Below, piece after piece: positions 36,570 through 49,199 of a stretch of DNA of 64,000 bases. Numbering within the stretch: position 1 is the first letter of the stretch; each line of letters begins with the position of its first letter. The notes beneath the pieces were generated by a model. The model did not search any database. It worked only from the letters and a program-made list of their open reading frames with translations, and was not told the origin of the DNA. A program made the position numbers and the translations under genes. The stretch covers positions 116,624,001-116,688,000 of the forward strand of contig NC_087437.1 in assembly GCF_036321535.1 (NCBI RefSeq), given 5' to 3'. The DNA is from Camelus dromedarius (Eukaryota).

Positions 36570-36800
36570 TACAGCGTCTGGTGGTAGATTTCCTGGGTTC
36601 AAATCCCATCTCCGCAAATCACTAGAGTGGTGACCATGGGCAAGTCACTGAACTTTTCAGTATCAGGTTTCTTTTCTTCTGTTAAATGGAGGTAATGATA
36701 GATCTACGTCTTGAGATGACTGCAAGGTGCAAGTTCATACCTGTAAAGCATTTGAGGTGGTTCTGGGCCAAGGACATATAAAGTGCTCAGCATACTTTAC
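36570..36800 (+). mobile_element. MIR
   Basis: cctgggttcaaatcccatctc..tgaccatgggcaagtcactgaac..ctgttaaatggagg. Confidence 0.8.
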
Positions 36801-36924
36801 TGCTATTTCTCATACCTCATCACATATTCCCAGCACACAGATAAACAAGCTTCATTCCCACCATGTTTCAATGATCCTCTATCTAATTCATCATGTTCTG
36901 TAAGGTTTTCAAAAAAGCATGTTA

Positions 36925-37174
36925 ATATATGTTACTGTAAGATATTGAATATAGTTCCCTGTGCTATACAGTATAAACTCGTTGTTCGTCTATTTTATGT
37001 ATAGTAGTTAGTATCTGCAAGTCTCAAACCCCTGTTTATCTCTTCCCACCCCTTTCCCCCCGTATATGTATGACTGAAACATTATGCTGCACACCAGATA
37101 TTGACACAACATCGTAAACTGACTACACTTCAATAAATAAATATTTAAAAAATAAAACACTTGAAAAAGGGAGG
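36925..37174 (+). mobile_element. 5'-inverted (twin-primed) camelid L1 3' end
   Basis: Antisense 3'UTR segment ~36927-37060 joined to sense terminal segment ~37062-37155; TSD aaaaaagcatgtta at 36911-36924 and 37175-37188. Confidence 0.9.
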
Positions 37175-40071
37175 AAAAAAGCATGTTACATTAATAGCAG
37201 AGAGGGTAAAAGGGCTGTACAGTTTAGGGCTAGCTCCATATAATAAGGGTAGAAAAAAAAAGATTATTTTTAAAGAAATTAATTTTGTCAGATAAATAAC
37301 TTGACAAAATATGATGTTTACAATAGAACACATTATTCTTATAGATTATAGGTTTAGTCTTTATACAACCCAAAATAGTATCCGAAAATACTAAATTTAT
37401 AAGAGTTGTTTTGATTTTTTAAAAATATTGTTTCTTTCAAATCTCTTTGTTGAAAGTGCCTCCTAGAAGTACAAATCTAGATTTTCCCTCTAAATAAAGG
37501 ACATAACTACTATATTATTAAAAGAAATGTACTTTCAAAAGCATATTTGAGTTGGGGATATCCTGTAATATTTTTCTGCAACTTGGATCTGGAAAGGGTC
37601 ATGTGGAAAACAGAATTATAGATTGAACAGTGGATGAAAATTGACTTCCACTTAGTTAAGAATCGTAAACCTCCATAAAATTCCAAGGTTTATTTCATTT
37701 TTTTATCTTCTTTGAGGATTGAGGTGAAGAATTTGAACATAAAAGTGGGAAAGAAGATATTTCTTCTTCATTTAAAAATACACTCAATTTAGCATCGTAA
37801 GTGAAGCACACCTGTGTCTTTAAAAAAAAGGATTGCTGGTCTGAGATCCCAGCATTACGGGAGGTGGTAGGTTACAATGACCAAGGGCATTCACCCCATG
37901 AATTGACATTCCAATATTTTCATTCAACAAATATTTATTGGATGTCTTCTATGGTACCAGCCACATCTCTAAGATTTAAAAGCATTTGGCAAATCCTTTT
38001 TGAAAAGCCTGCCTGGTCCAGGAGTTTGAGGTTTAGCAAAAAAAAGTCTCCAGATGCTTGGATCTCAGGAAACAGAGCATCAGGGGATAGACTGAGCCAT
38101 CCAATGTCAACTATGGACAAAGCTTCCTTTCAAAGAAGAAGACATAAAGAATTCTCCCTGAAAGCGTCAGCAGATGATGGAAAAGGTAGACAAGGGCTTG
38201 GATGGCGAAGGGAGGTAAAACCTAGCAACTGACCACGTGCCAGCAGCAGACCTAAAATAGGCAGTGAACTTTGGAGAATTAAAACATGCCTAAGACCTTC
38301 AAAGCAGGACACACCCTCGTTGACTCCAGCTGGCATAAATCCTCCTGGCTTTCCCCTTTTTGTTTGCCTGTTTGTTTAATCAAATTACACTGGCCATTCC
38401 TACAATTGCATAATATAGTGATTTCTAAAAGGAAACCACTGGAGTTCATTCCATGTGCATCAATCAAAGAAGCTTTCTTTCCCTTAAAACTGACTTCCTT
38501 CTAGCCTTTAAAATTAAACCAAAGGGTGGCTTTTGTCTCACACTCTTACCAGAAAGTATGAGAGCAGAACAATTTGATCTCTCTGTAAGAAGTGCGTGTA
38601 AGGAGCTGCCCAGGAAACTGCAGATATATTATAAAATATTCCTGTTCTACAGTTTTTAGGAGATGCGCCCAGACCCCAGGAAACACAGAGTGACTGACAT
38701 GCTCCTGGGACCGGGACTCTCAGGGCTCAAGGAGGTTCATGGGCTTGACCCTGAGTGAGGAAGGGATCAAGCCTCTAAGTCCACACCTGAAATACAGAGA
38801 GCTTGAACCAGTCTCCCCAAGGCTCCTCCTTGTTCTCACACTGTGGTTCTAGAACAATGACATGGCAGGACCCAGGGACGATGCCTTTCTCCACCGAGCT
38901 TGCCGGGCACTGAGGAAGAGCTTCCTTTTTCCCACCCTGCTGGACTGTATCAAACACTCTGGGTGCCTCAACTCAGGGTATTTCTTGATTACCCTTGGGT
39001 CAACCTCACCATCCCTAAGGGATGGGTTCCAAGCCACCAGCCATCAACAGCTCTGACCCTCCTCTTGGGGTCTTTCAGCACCCCCTTAAAGCCCCAGGCA
39101 ACAGGAGAAAGAACCTAACATTAATCCATAAATGTAACGAGTGCTGGGAGTGAATGAACAAACAGTTCATAATCATAATCACCGACTCTATTCCAATCCT
39201 TTCATCCTTCCAGCAGCCCGATGGGAGCCAGTCAAGCATTCATTCACCCAACAAACACTTCAGAGATGACTCTTATGTGACTGACACTGGGCAGCCTGAT
39301 TCTCCAGTGGGGACAGAACAGAACTTTGCCCTGACCCCAAGGAGGCAGGAAACTGATAGGAAACAAGGGCGCGCGCAGATTCATAGATTGCTCCCTCATT
39401 CTCATGGCCCCAGGGAAGAAAGGGGAGAGCTCTGAGAGGACGTGAAGAGGGATGGACCTTAAAGAGGAAGCCTGAGGGAGTGAAGGAGCCACCAAAGGGG
39501 TAAGAGTTCAGAGCCAAAGCCCTGGGGAGCTTGGCTGGTGAGTCCCAGACTGGAGAGGTGAGTGCTGCTGGGCTTCCTGGGACGGAACGCAAGAACCCTT
39601 AGAGAGGAAGTTCCTGCAGGTCCTCGGACGATGGGCAGCAAGTGCGGGTTTCATCCTGAGCGCAAAGATCAGCCACAGCAGGCAAGTCTAGTGCAGCTTC
39701 CATCTGCAAATACCAGGCGCCCAGGGCCCGCACGCCCCTCTCCTTCCCCTGGACAAAGATGCACTGTCTGCGCCACCTCTGGTATCTTCCACGGCACGTT
39801 GTGTGTATCTCAGTCCATCTGCACTTGTTCTTTGTCTTATCTTTCATCGTAGCACAGAAGGGTTTGGCCTCTGCGTTGAAAGTTCAAGATAGCAGTCATT
39901 TGAGGAAGAAAGGAGAAGGAAGGAGAAACAGAGTAGCTCCCCCAGCCGCCCTACCTCACTGATGCAAAAAAACCATTGTGGAGACAGACTGTCCGACTAC
40001 AAGAGCTTCCGCAATCGTTCACAGAGAAGCTGGTGGTCAACTTTGACTGAACTGTTGGGTTAATGGAAGGT

Positions 40072-41205
40072 CAATATTTCCCCAAGTGTGGACTGTGGAT
40101 GTTTTGAGAGATGTCAAAAATATGTTGTATGGAAAGATTCGGCAAGATGGAATTAAGGGAAATTAAGTAGGTTTCTTTTTTTTTTTTCACATTTTACTTG
40201 ATTTCTCCTTGTAAATCTAAATTCTTTTTTAAAAACATCTTTATTGTGGTATGATTCCTGTACAGTAAACTACACGGATTTCAGATGTACACTTTGATGA
40301 ATTTTGACAGATGGATACTCCAATGAAACCACTATCACAATCAAGATAGCTAATATTTCCATCACTCCCCTAAGAGCTGCTATTTTCAAATTCCCAATTT
40401 ATCCCTTCCCGCCCTCTTTATCCCTTGGTAAGCATAAGTTTGTTCTCTATGTCTGTGACCCCATTTCTGTTTTGTAGATAAGTTCATTTGTGTCTTTTTT
40501 TTTTTTTCAGATTCCACATATAACCAATATCATATGGCATTTTTCTTTCTCCGTCTGGCTTACTTCAACTAGAATGACGATCTCCAGGTCCATCCATGTT
40601 GCTGCAAAGGGCATTATTTTATTCTTTTTTGTGGCTGAGTAGTATTCCATTGTGTATATATACCACATCTTCTTTATCCAGTCATCTGTCAGTGAACATT
40701 TGGGTTGTTTCTATGTCTTGGCTATTGTAAATAGTGTTGCTATGAACACCAGGGTGCATGTGTCTTTTTCAATTATATTTTTCTCCAGATATATGCCCTG
40801 CAGTGGGATTGCTGGATCATATGGTTGAGTCTATTTTTAGTTTTTTAAGGAACCCGCCTATACTGTCCCCCATAGTGGTTGCACCAATTTACATTCTGGC
40901 CAACAGTGTAGGAGCATTCCTTTTTCTCCACACCTTGTCCAGCATTTATCATTTGAAGACTTTTTAGTGATGACCATTCTGACTGGTGTGAGGTGATATC
41001 TCATTGTAGTTTTGATTTGCATTTAAGAGAAATTAAGTGGATTTCTTGACCACAGGACTTGTCAGAGCCTTTGTTAGGGCAAAAAGTCTGTAGAGGGGAA
41101 CTAACACATAAAGCTAGTATTACAACCTCATAGCCAGTCTTTTTCATGCATGTCATCTAAACATGTCTTTGCTATCATTTCAGCCAAAGCACATAGGTTT
41201 GGAAG
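40072..41205. mobile_element. MER103-like hAT-Charlie element, split by the L1 insertion
   Basis: caatatttccccaagtgtg.. left end; tttcttgaccacaggacttgtcagagcctt.. right part. Confidence 0.45.
40178..41022 (-). mobile_element. Chimeric L1 insertion: camelid L1 ORF2 end/partial 3'UTR + foreign tail + poly(A)
   Basis: L1 at ~40378-41022; L1M-like tail 40225-40370; unique ~40 bp; T12 at 40176-40187; 25-bp TSD (3 mismatches) at 40153-40177 and 41023-41047. Confidence 0.85.
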
Positions 41206-42159
41206 TGAAGCGGTTCCAGGTGAGGGAACATCATCCCAGCCTTCTGAGTGCAAGTCATGAGCTACATCTTGACTTGTCCTGGGACAGGTGGGGGTTTTCC
41301 TCAGCCCCTGACTGGGTCAGGTCCCTCATAGTCTGCACCTTCCAAAGACCCGAACGACTGGGCCGGAGGGCATTAGGGCATTTCGCAGCTCACTCTTGAG
41401 AAAGGGAATAAGCATGCTCTTTTTTCAATCCCTCTCTAAACATTTGACTCCCCGCATTCCTAATGTGCAAGCAAGCTTTTCACAGAAACGCATTACAATC
41501 TTGTAATGAAATTAGGCACTTGTGGGAAACAGCACAATTAAAACCAGAAAATAATTTAGAAAGATTAAACCCATTAGGGTAACACATTTCTTATTTAGTG
41601 GAGAGGAAATACAATTAGGTGAACTAACTTATTAAAAACACCTACACAGATAGCTGAACATCCCCCAAATGCACTGAAATGCCTTGCTCTCCATGAAGCA
41701 GAGAGATGCCACTTCCTTTTTTTTTCTAAATCAAATTAGAAAGCTAAACCCAAAGATTCCCCAGGAGAAATATTTACACCTCAAAGTAGATTGAAAGAAA
41801 TTTAATCTGAAGTTTCCCGGAAATTATCATAGAACTAAGTTATCTCCATTGTCTTAGGGCGGTAAGCTCATGATTTTGTGTTAAGCAGATCTGTACTAGG
41901 ATCTAAATTTATATAAACCTTAAAGAATGAACCAGAATGCAGAAATCTACTTTTCAGATAGATAGAGACAGAAAAGTTCTTGTGACCATGATAACATAAG
42001 GACAGGTATAGATAGGACCTAATTGATTGCACAGTAAATAATTTGGGTATTATATTGACTAAATGGATGTGCATGTTAACTGTGTGTATATGGGAATGGT
42101 TATCAACCAGACGTCCTCAGAGTTCTGATGATTAAAAAAATATGACAAAGGGGTTTAAA

Positions 42160-42360
42160 ATTTTGCCTTTGCAGTCAGACTGGTTTGAGCCCAAAGTGAT
42201 CACAGAAACATTAAATGTCTCTCCAAATCTCAGTCTCTGCATCTGTAAAATAGGTATTCTAGAACCTTCTTTTAGTACTACTATGGAGATCTGATAAGGC
42301 AAAGCCTGTAGTTTTCTTAGCATTGCCCCTGAACTCAGGAAATGCCCAAAGTTAGCTATT
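42160..42360 (+). mobile_element. MIR
   Basis: ctcagtctctgcatctgtaaaatagg. Confidence 0.65.
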
Positions 42361-42364
42361 TTAA

Positions 42365-42590
42365 ATAATAAAACTAATAGTTCACACATTTACAGCTCAC
42401 AGCGTGAGCCAGGCTCTGTTGTAAATGCTTTATGTATACTACCTTATTTAACCCTCACAAATACCTTGTGAGTGGGCGTTATTAATTCCATCTCTATGTT
42501 ACAAGAGAGGAAACAGAGACACAGAGGGTTTGGGTCACATGCCAAGGTCATACAGCCAACAAGTCGCTGAGCCTGGACTGAAGCCCCTCA
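42365..42590 (-). mobile_element. MIR
   Basis: gccaggctctgttgtaaatgctt..aaccctcacaa..gaggaaacagagacacagagggtt..gccaaggtcatacagc. Confidence 0.8.
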
Positions 42591-43629
42591 CCCCAGAAGC
42601 GTGTTACAGGAGCTTAGCTCATCTTCACTGGATGGAAAAGGTGGTCTCCAGAGCAAGGAAGCAGCATGGGAACCCTAGGTACTTACCAAAAAGCAAATGT
42701 CATCAGTGTTGGAAAATCAAGCATCCAGCCCTCGCCTTGTCACCATACATACCAATTCCAGTCACCATGGTCTAGTCACATAATATCAGTTCCCCCAACA
42801 ACATGGTTCAAATTTTGGTGCCCAGGGTGCACCTGGTTACCTGTAAGTAACCACATCAGGCACAAACCTCCACGCTAACCCTTCCCCCACAGAGGGCTGC
42901 CCAGGTAATCATGTCACTGCTTTCAGTCTCTTGGTGGCTGGTCACAGCACATCTGTGACTCAGCTCACACACAGACAGCAAAGTGTGTAGTTGTGTTTCT
43001 TCCTTGTGTCCCTGATAAACCCACACGACATTTCACAAAAGTGAACAACTGGAAAGGGAATTGAAAAAAAAAAAAAAAAAAAAGGAAGAAAGAAAGAAAC
43101 TCCATCAAAGGAAAAACTTTGATTTTGTTGTATACACGCAAAGTGGTTCATTTCTCCCCAAATGGACCCCAACGCTATGTGAAAGTGTGCTTCTCCCACA
43201 CTCTTCCGATCTTTGTTGTTCCCACTTGTCGGGGTGCCTCGGGCTGGCTCCCACCTTCAGAAGGGCTCCTTCTTGTATGATGCGCTCTCCTTCCTGACAC
43301 CCTCTCTTGTGTGTGGCTCTCCCCCCGTCTCTGCCTCCTCTTCCTTCTTCCGCTTTGTCCTGAAGCCCCTGACACTTGGGAATTCCCAGGCTGTCCTCGG
43401 CACCTTCCATCCCATGACAACAAGCACTAACGTTTGTCGATACTCATTGCCAATTCTCCAGTGCAGGCTTTGATGGGAAGTTGTTTTGTGTCTCAAGTTT
43501 AAGTGTAATAAAAAATAGAATTGGTCAGCCAATGTCAGAAAAAAAAAAGGTGACAGAAGAGATCAACACACACACATTAGGAATGAGGAGAAGAGGAAAA
43601 TATGAGTAAAAATCTATTTTAAAAAAAAG

Positions 43630-43830
43630 AACTAACGTGTTGAGCTCATGCTTCTCACTCAGTTCACTGTCACCCTCACAAGCCCCCCAGCAAGGATGGT
43701 GAGATTAGTGTCACTTCCACTTTGGAGAAGACACTGAGGCACAGAGGGAGCTGGTCACTTGCTCAGGGCACCACAAAGTGATAGGGCAGAACCGGACCGA
43801 GTGGTCTGGCTTCAGAACCTGCAGCCTTGA
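43630..43830 (-). mobile_element. MIR
   Basis: agaagacactgaggcacagagggagctggtcacttgctcagggcaccaca. Confidence 0.7.
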
Positions 43831-43865
43831 CCTCCAGTCCTGGCTGCCGTGGGTGGTCCTCGCTC

Positions 43866-44337
43866 ACAGCCAACTTAGACACCGGGCCCAGGGGCTCAAG
43901 CTTCTCACAAGATGACAAAAAAATATTTAAAATTTGGTGAAAGAAAAATATATATAATCCCCAGAAAATGAAAACTGTGAAAAAAAAACCATTTAATTAA
44001 ACGTGTACACAACACATCATTTATCAACTTTAAAAATGCCTAAATTTGCTGTTCAAAAAGTTCCATTATATTTTAAAGCAATGGGTAAGTCTGATTTTAT
44101 GACTCAAAAGCATTCCTAAGGATACAGGTTGGTTGCCTATACAAATTAGCTAAACATAAAACAACTCATATTTTAAACAAATGTGTAAAAAGTTTCAAAT
44201 TGTTTTATAGCCAAGTACATATGTACATGAGATGAGCTGTGACTGCATTTTAAAATGTGTGACTTGAAAGCAGGGGTCTCCTCCTTAAAAAAGGAGACCT
44301 CAGGCCCTCCATATGGTCTGTCTTGCCCTGGACCCTG
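43866..44337. mobile_element. Possible hAT-Tip100 MITE (MER96B/MER91-like)
   Basis: GC-rich ends (gggcccagggg..; ggccctcc..gaccctg) around an AT-rich core. Confidence 0.4.
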
Positions 44338-44489
44338 CTTTCAAACATCGCTTATTTCTAGATAGTTCCAAACTGGTCTCTGCCGACCCTGGATTTGCAT
44401 TTTCAGCTCCCTGCCTGGGACCCCCAGCCTGAACCCCAGCTGTACTTCTGAACACAGACGTGGGCGGGCACGGGGCCTTTTGTCCAAGA

Positions 44490-44685
44490 CAAAAAGCTTT
44501 CGGGGCCAGGACACTGGAGGCAGGCTGCCTGCGTTCAAATCCACATTCTCCTGCCCACACAGAGTGCACCTGCAGGGGGCTGCTTCACCTTTCTGCCCTC
44601 AAATGGAGATGACAGAAACGCCTACTTCTGGGAGTTATTTGTGAGGATGGAGTTAATACGGGGCCCATGGAGGGCACTCAATACA
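44490..44685 (+). mobile_element. MIR
   Basis: actggaggcaggctgcctgcgttcaaatcc..gtgaggatggagttaatac. Confidence 0.65.
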
Positions 44686-45010
44686 TTCATTCACTCATTC
44701 ATTCAGAAAAAGGCAGCAACACCATGTGTCAGGCACTGTACTAGACCCTGGGTGGCAGCAGCAGACAAAACAGGAAAACACCTTCCCGCAGGGAGCTTAC
44801 ATCTGGCGGGGGAGACCAATGACAAACAGAAGTAGAAGAAATGGCGTGTTCAGTGCCAGGGAAAGAAGTCGGGCGGGGAAGGGACCGGAGGGCTGGGGCT
44901 CCCCGTTCAGGTAGAGCGGTCACGGAAGGCGGCGTCTGAGTGAGGACTTGCAGCAGCTGAGCTATGGGAAGTCTCGGGGAGGGCGCCCCAGGCAGGGGAA
45001 GAAGGTGAGG
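44686..45010 (-). mobile_element. L2 3' end
   Basis: attcattcactcattcattca tail; atgtgtcaggcactgtactag; ggagcttacatct. Confidence 0.75.
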
Positions 45011-45014
45011 GAGG

Positions 45015-45202
45015 TGGTGCTGTCAGCTGCTGCTGTCCTAACAAAGAACCACGGGCTGGGGGCTTTGCTGGAGGACATTTATTGTCGCACAGCTCCGGAG
45101 GCTGGGGGTCCCAGATCAAGGGGTCTGCAGGGTCGTTCCTTCCGTGACCTCTGTCCTTGGTTTGTGGATGGCGTCTCCTTCCTGTGTCCTCGCATGGTCT
45201 TT

Positions 45203-45258
<56 letters not shown>

Positions 45259-45435
45259 TGTGTGTGTCCTATTTCCTCTTTTTATAAAGACTGGGTCAGA
45301 GCCCACTGTCATGACCTCAGTTACCTCTTTAAAGACCCTGTCTCCAACTGCAGTCCCATTTGGAGGTCCCAGAGGTGAGGACGTCAGCGAGTGGCTTGCG
45401 GAGCGCAGGGGAGGGACACAGTTCAGTCCGTCACA
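45015..45435 (-). mobile_element. MLT1A-type MaLR solo LTR
   Basis: catttattgtcgcacagctccggaggctggggg..ttacctctttaaagaccctgtctccaa..gggacacagttcagtccgtcaca. Confidence 0.85.
45205..45256. repeat. (TG)26 microsatellite inside MLT1A
   Basis: Perfect dinucleotide run. Confidence 0.98.
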
Positions 45436-45536
45436 GGAGGGGAGAGTATTAGCTGCAGCCTGGGAACACAGAGGCTTGGATCGGGAGCTACTACTGTCGG
45501 GGAGTCACACAGGGAGGAATTGACAACAGGGACCCT

Positions 45537-45764
45537 TTTATGAGCTTTTTAAAAAATTCTTATTTTTTATTGTAGTGTAGTCTATTTACAATGTTAGTTT
45601 CAGGTGTACAGCAAAGTGATTCAGTTACACATATACATACAAACATACATATGTATTTTTTTCAGATTCTTTTCCATTACAGCTCATTAGAAATTGAATG
45701 TAGTTCCCTGTGCTGTACAGTAGGTCCTTGTTGTTTATCTATTTTATATACAGTAGTGTGTATC
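45537..45764 (-). mobile_element. Short cetartiodactyl L1 3' end with TSD
   Basis: caatgttagtttcaggtgtacagcaaagtgattcag; TSD tgacaacagggac at 45521-45533 and 45765-45777. Confidence 0.92.
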
Positions 45765-48700
45765 TGACAACAGGGACTCCTGCTTACAGAACACGGAATG
45801 GAGCTCAAGAAAGACTCTCAGACCACACAGGACTGACCCCCCAGGGGAGCCGCGAGGCCACCCTGGAGCTGTGAGTCCAGGAACTTGCCCCCATCATTGC
45901 TGCCTGGCATGCAAGGAGCTTTCATAACTGCTGAGTTAACAAGCAAACTCAGCCCTGATGTGTGGGGACCCCTGGATGGGTAAGAACCAGACGACAGTAC
46001 CGAGCTGAGAGCTGGCTTGGCTCTGTCGTACTTTTTCAAGTACATGCCCATTAGCCTTTCTCTTGGTTTCTTCCATCTCTTTCTAGACCTCTTCTTCTCC
46101 TTTCATCAAATTCCTGGAAGTCTGTGGGGTGCCCCTCACCTCCTGCTGCTCCTCCCTCTCCGTATATTCCAAATGACTCCTTGCATCTCTTCTCATTTTC
46201 TCCCTGCTCCTACCTTGCTCAAATCCGTCCAGCCCATCATGTCATTTCCAAACTCACTTCTGTTCAGCCAGATCCTTGCATCCCCTTCTCCCCTCTTCCC
46301 TCTGCGAAGAGCCATTTTCTTACCCTTCCAGGAGCAAGGATTGTGGCATCCGCAGACACATGCTGGGGAAATGAGACCAGGAATGATTCTGATACGTCCC
46401 GCAGGAGGCTGGCACCAGCACCTGTGAGCCCCTGAGGGGGACCGGACACCTAATGCACACCCACCGCGACTCACAGCAGGAGAGGTGACTTCCACCTGCG
46501 GTGGCAGGAAATCAAAGACACCAATTAGTTTTCTCCTTCAGCTGCTCCTGCCAACCAGAAGTTGACATCTTTCCTCATATAAACAAGAAGCGGCCGGGGA
46601 ATCTCCCTCCATCCACATAAGGGACTGTGTGGCTCCGCCCTCTCCCAGACAGAGCACCTCACCTGGCAGCATCCCCCCCAGGGCTGCCGCCCAAGGTAGG
46701 AGTCAGTCCCCAGGGATCCCGGGAAGGAGGCGGTGTGTTGGGGAGAGCTGACACTGCCCGTGGCCTCCCCGGTCCTCTCTGCTCTCCGCTGAGCCCCGTC
46801 CTGCAGGTTATAAGACTGGCATCTCTCCATCTGGCTGCGCTATCTTTGAAAATTACTCTTGGGGTGAAAGTCACCATGTTCAATAGTGACAACCTGGTGT
46901 TTACATTTCCAGCCTCCTCTCTCATCTGGAGGGAAAGGTGCCCTTGCTGGGGGCCACTTCAGACCCCACCAAGCAAAAGGAGTGGTGTTTAGGGAAGGCA
47001 GGAAGGATAGGAACTTGCATTTTCCAGCACCTTCTGTGGCTTTGGTGGGTCGCTGGGATGGAGTGGGGATGGAGGGTCCGCACCCAACACCTGGGCCATC
47101 ACTCACACAAGTGCCCCTGGGACTCTGGACTGAGACAGCTTCTGCAGGATCCCTGTCCTCTTCCACCAGTCGAGCGGCCACTTTCCTCCCCGAGAGCCTG
47201 GGTTTCCTGCTGTGTCATCGTGAGTTCTCCTGAGACACAGATAAATCCCCCAAGGGCCGGCTGGGGAAGCCCCTTCCACGTGGTGGCTCTCCCTACTCTG
47301 GGAACCATTTCCTCTGTGTCCCTGCTATCAGCCCAGGACGACTGAAAGGAGACGTCCAGCCTGATTCCCCAGGACAGGACACCTGGACAAATCTCCACCC
47401 CACACCCTTGCCCTACCCCCACCTCCATCTCCCCCTGCCCTGCCCTGGAGGGGCCACCTTCTCAGAGGCCCCAGTGACAGCTTGGTCTCCTGGGCAAAAT
47501 GGAAAACCACACTCCACATTCAACATACGGTGGGCCACAGGGACCTCCTCAATTCCTAGGGCAATTTTGCTGCTTATATTTCTGGGGAAAAACCACTTCG
47601 TTTTTGAAAAAGCTGATGGGTAGTGGGATGATCAGGGCTGCTCCAGCGAGGGTGAAGGGCACGTGGGTCCTCTTACAGCAGAAGGGGCAGGTGGCTGCCT
47701 TGGGGAGCCACAACCACACAGGCAGCTCACATAGCATCTTCTGGAAACGGAGATGACTGATCTCTGCCTTCACCCAATGGACAATTCCTAAAAACTCTGG
47801 GGGAAAAAATCAAGTTGACTTTCCTGAAAATGTAATACCATCTCATCCCTTTAACTCTCTCTCTCTCTCAAGTCTTTTTAATGTAGTGCTTGTCTTATCA
47901 TTTCCTCGTCTTAGCGAGGATTGGTTCAAGACCGGGCCAAATTTGTTTAGACAAGCTCTGTAAGATTTTTTTTAAAAAACAAAGAAGAAAGCAAAGTACA
48001 TAGAGTTTCCAAGAACAAGTCTCGAGAACATTCCGTTCCCATCTGACAGCTGAATGTGCTTTACATTAGAAGACAAGCTATAGCATGTGGAAATAATCCG
48101 AAGAATGAGACACCCATTATTTATTGTGTAATTGGAGAAAATTCTGGCTAGGGGAAATCTTTAGCTGAAAGCAAAGATGATCCATCCTTAATTGTTCTTA
48201 AACAAAATTAAAATGTGTCTGTGGCTTCGATAATATCTTGGTGGGAGGCAGTTTCTCTTGTAGCCTGCCACGTGAAGCTTGCCAAGCTGGGCGTCACACA
48301 CAGTCATTACGATGGCAAAGTGAGAGTTCCTTGGGCAAGAAAGTCAAATATTTCAAGTGTTGACGTTTTCTTAAGCGGTTTAAAAAAAGAAAAAAAAGCA
48401 CACTCAGAGTCTTAAATTTACAGCGATGACAGTTTGTCCCCCAAATCGGTAATCTTCAACAGCGTCCAAGATCATTTTCTTTGAGAATGTTCTCTGCTTT
48501 AAAAGCATTGTGATATTATTCCATAAACTGCCCCTTATTTTAATAAGTACAAATCACAATCACAGTTCGATCCGGTACAACCAAAAGCAAGAAAGGCTTT
48601 TAATGACCTTTTGATCGTCTTCTGTTAGCAAAACTGCTTCCCCAGTGACCGCTCCCTCATGCCGTCCAGGACTTGTGGAAATCCAGCGTCTCGTGTAAGG

Positions 48701-48829
48701 ATGTTGACCTTACAAAACGATCCTCCTGCACCTCTTGCCGCTAGGGCAGGCTTTGTGCAGGGCTGGGGCACTCTCAGCTTTCTGGAGAGGGGGCGTACCC
48801 CCATACTCACCTCCGCCACAATCACGCTC

Positions 48830-49030
48830 TCCCCTTGGGCTGTTTTATCTTCTTCACAACATTTCATATTCTCAACTCTATTACTACTGGACTCGTGTGC
48901 TGTCTTTCTCTCCTGACAAGAAAATCAACTCCCAGGGGACAGGAACTTTTTCTGTCTTATTCACTTCTGTATCTCCAGCTTCTAGAAATCACCCAACACA
49001 CAGTAGGTGCTCAATAAATATTTATGGTCC
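48830..49030 (+). mobile_element. L2 3' terminus
   Basis: actcccaggggacagg..tattcacttctgtatctccagc..cacacagtaggtgctcaataaatattt. Confidence 0.8.
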
Positions 49031-49199
49031 TACTGAGTCAAAGGCACTGTGAATTCATTAACAGCGTAACAAGATTTTGTCTTCTATCACGTGTAATAAA
49101 TACATTCATGTGAAAATGGTGGTATAAGTGTAAGAGTTGTATTTTCTCACTGCTACGGATTTCTGAACCCCTAGGAGGAACTCCAAGGACCACTTATTG

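Noticed and set aside
44275..44299. Hairpin ggtctcct...aggagacc
   Set aside because: 8-bp stem near the end of a probable hAT element; no terminator or miRNA context
44948..45523. Longest ORF (191 aa)
   Set aside because: Runs through an MLT1A LTR and a (TG)n repeat (poly-CV); chance ORF
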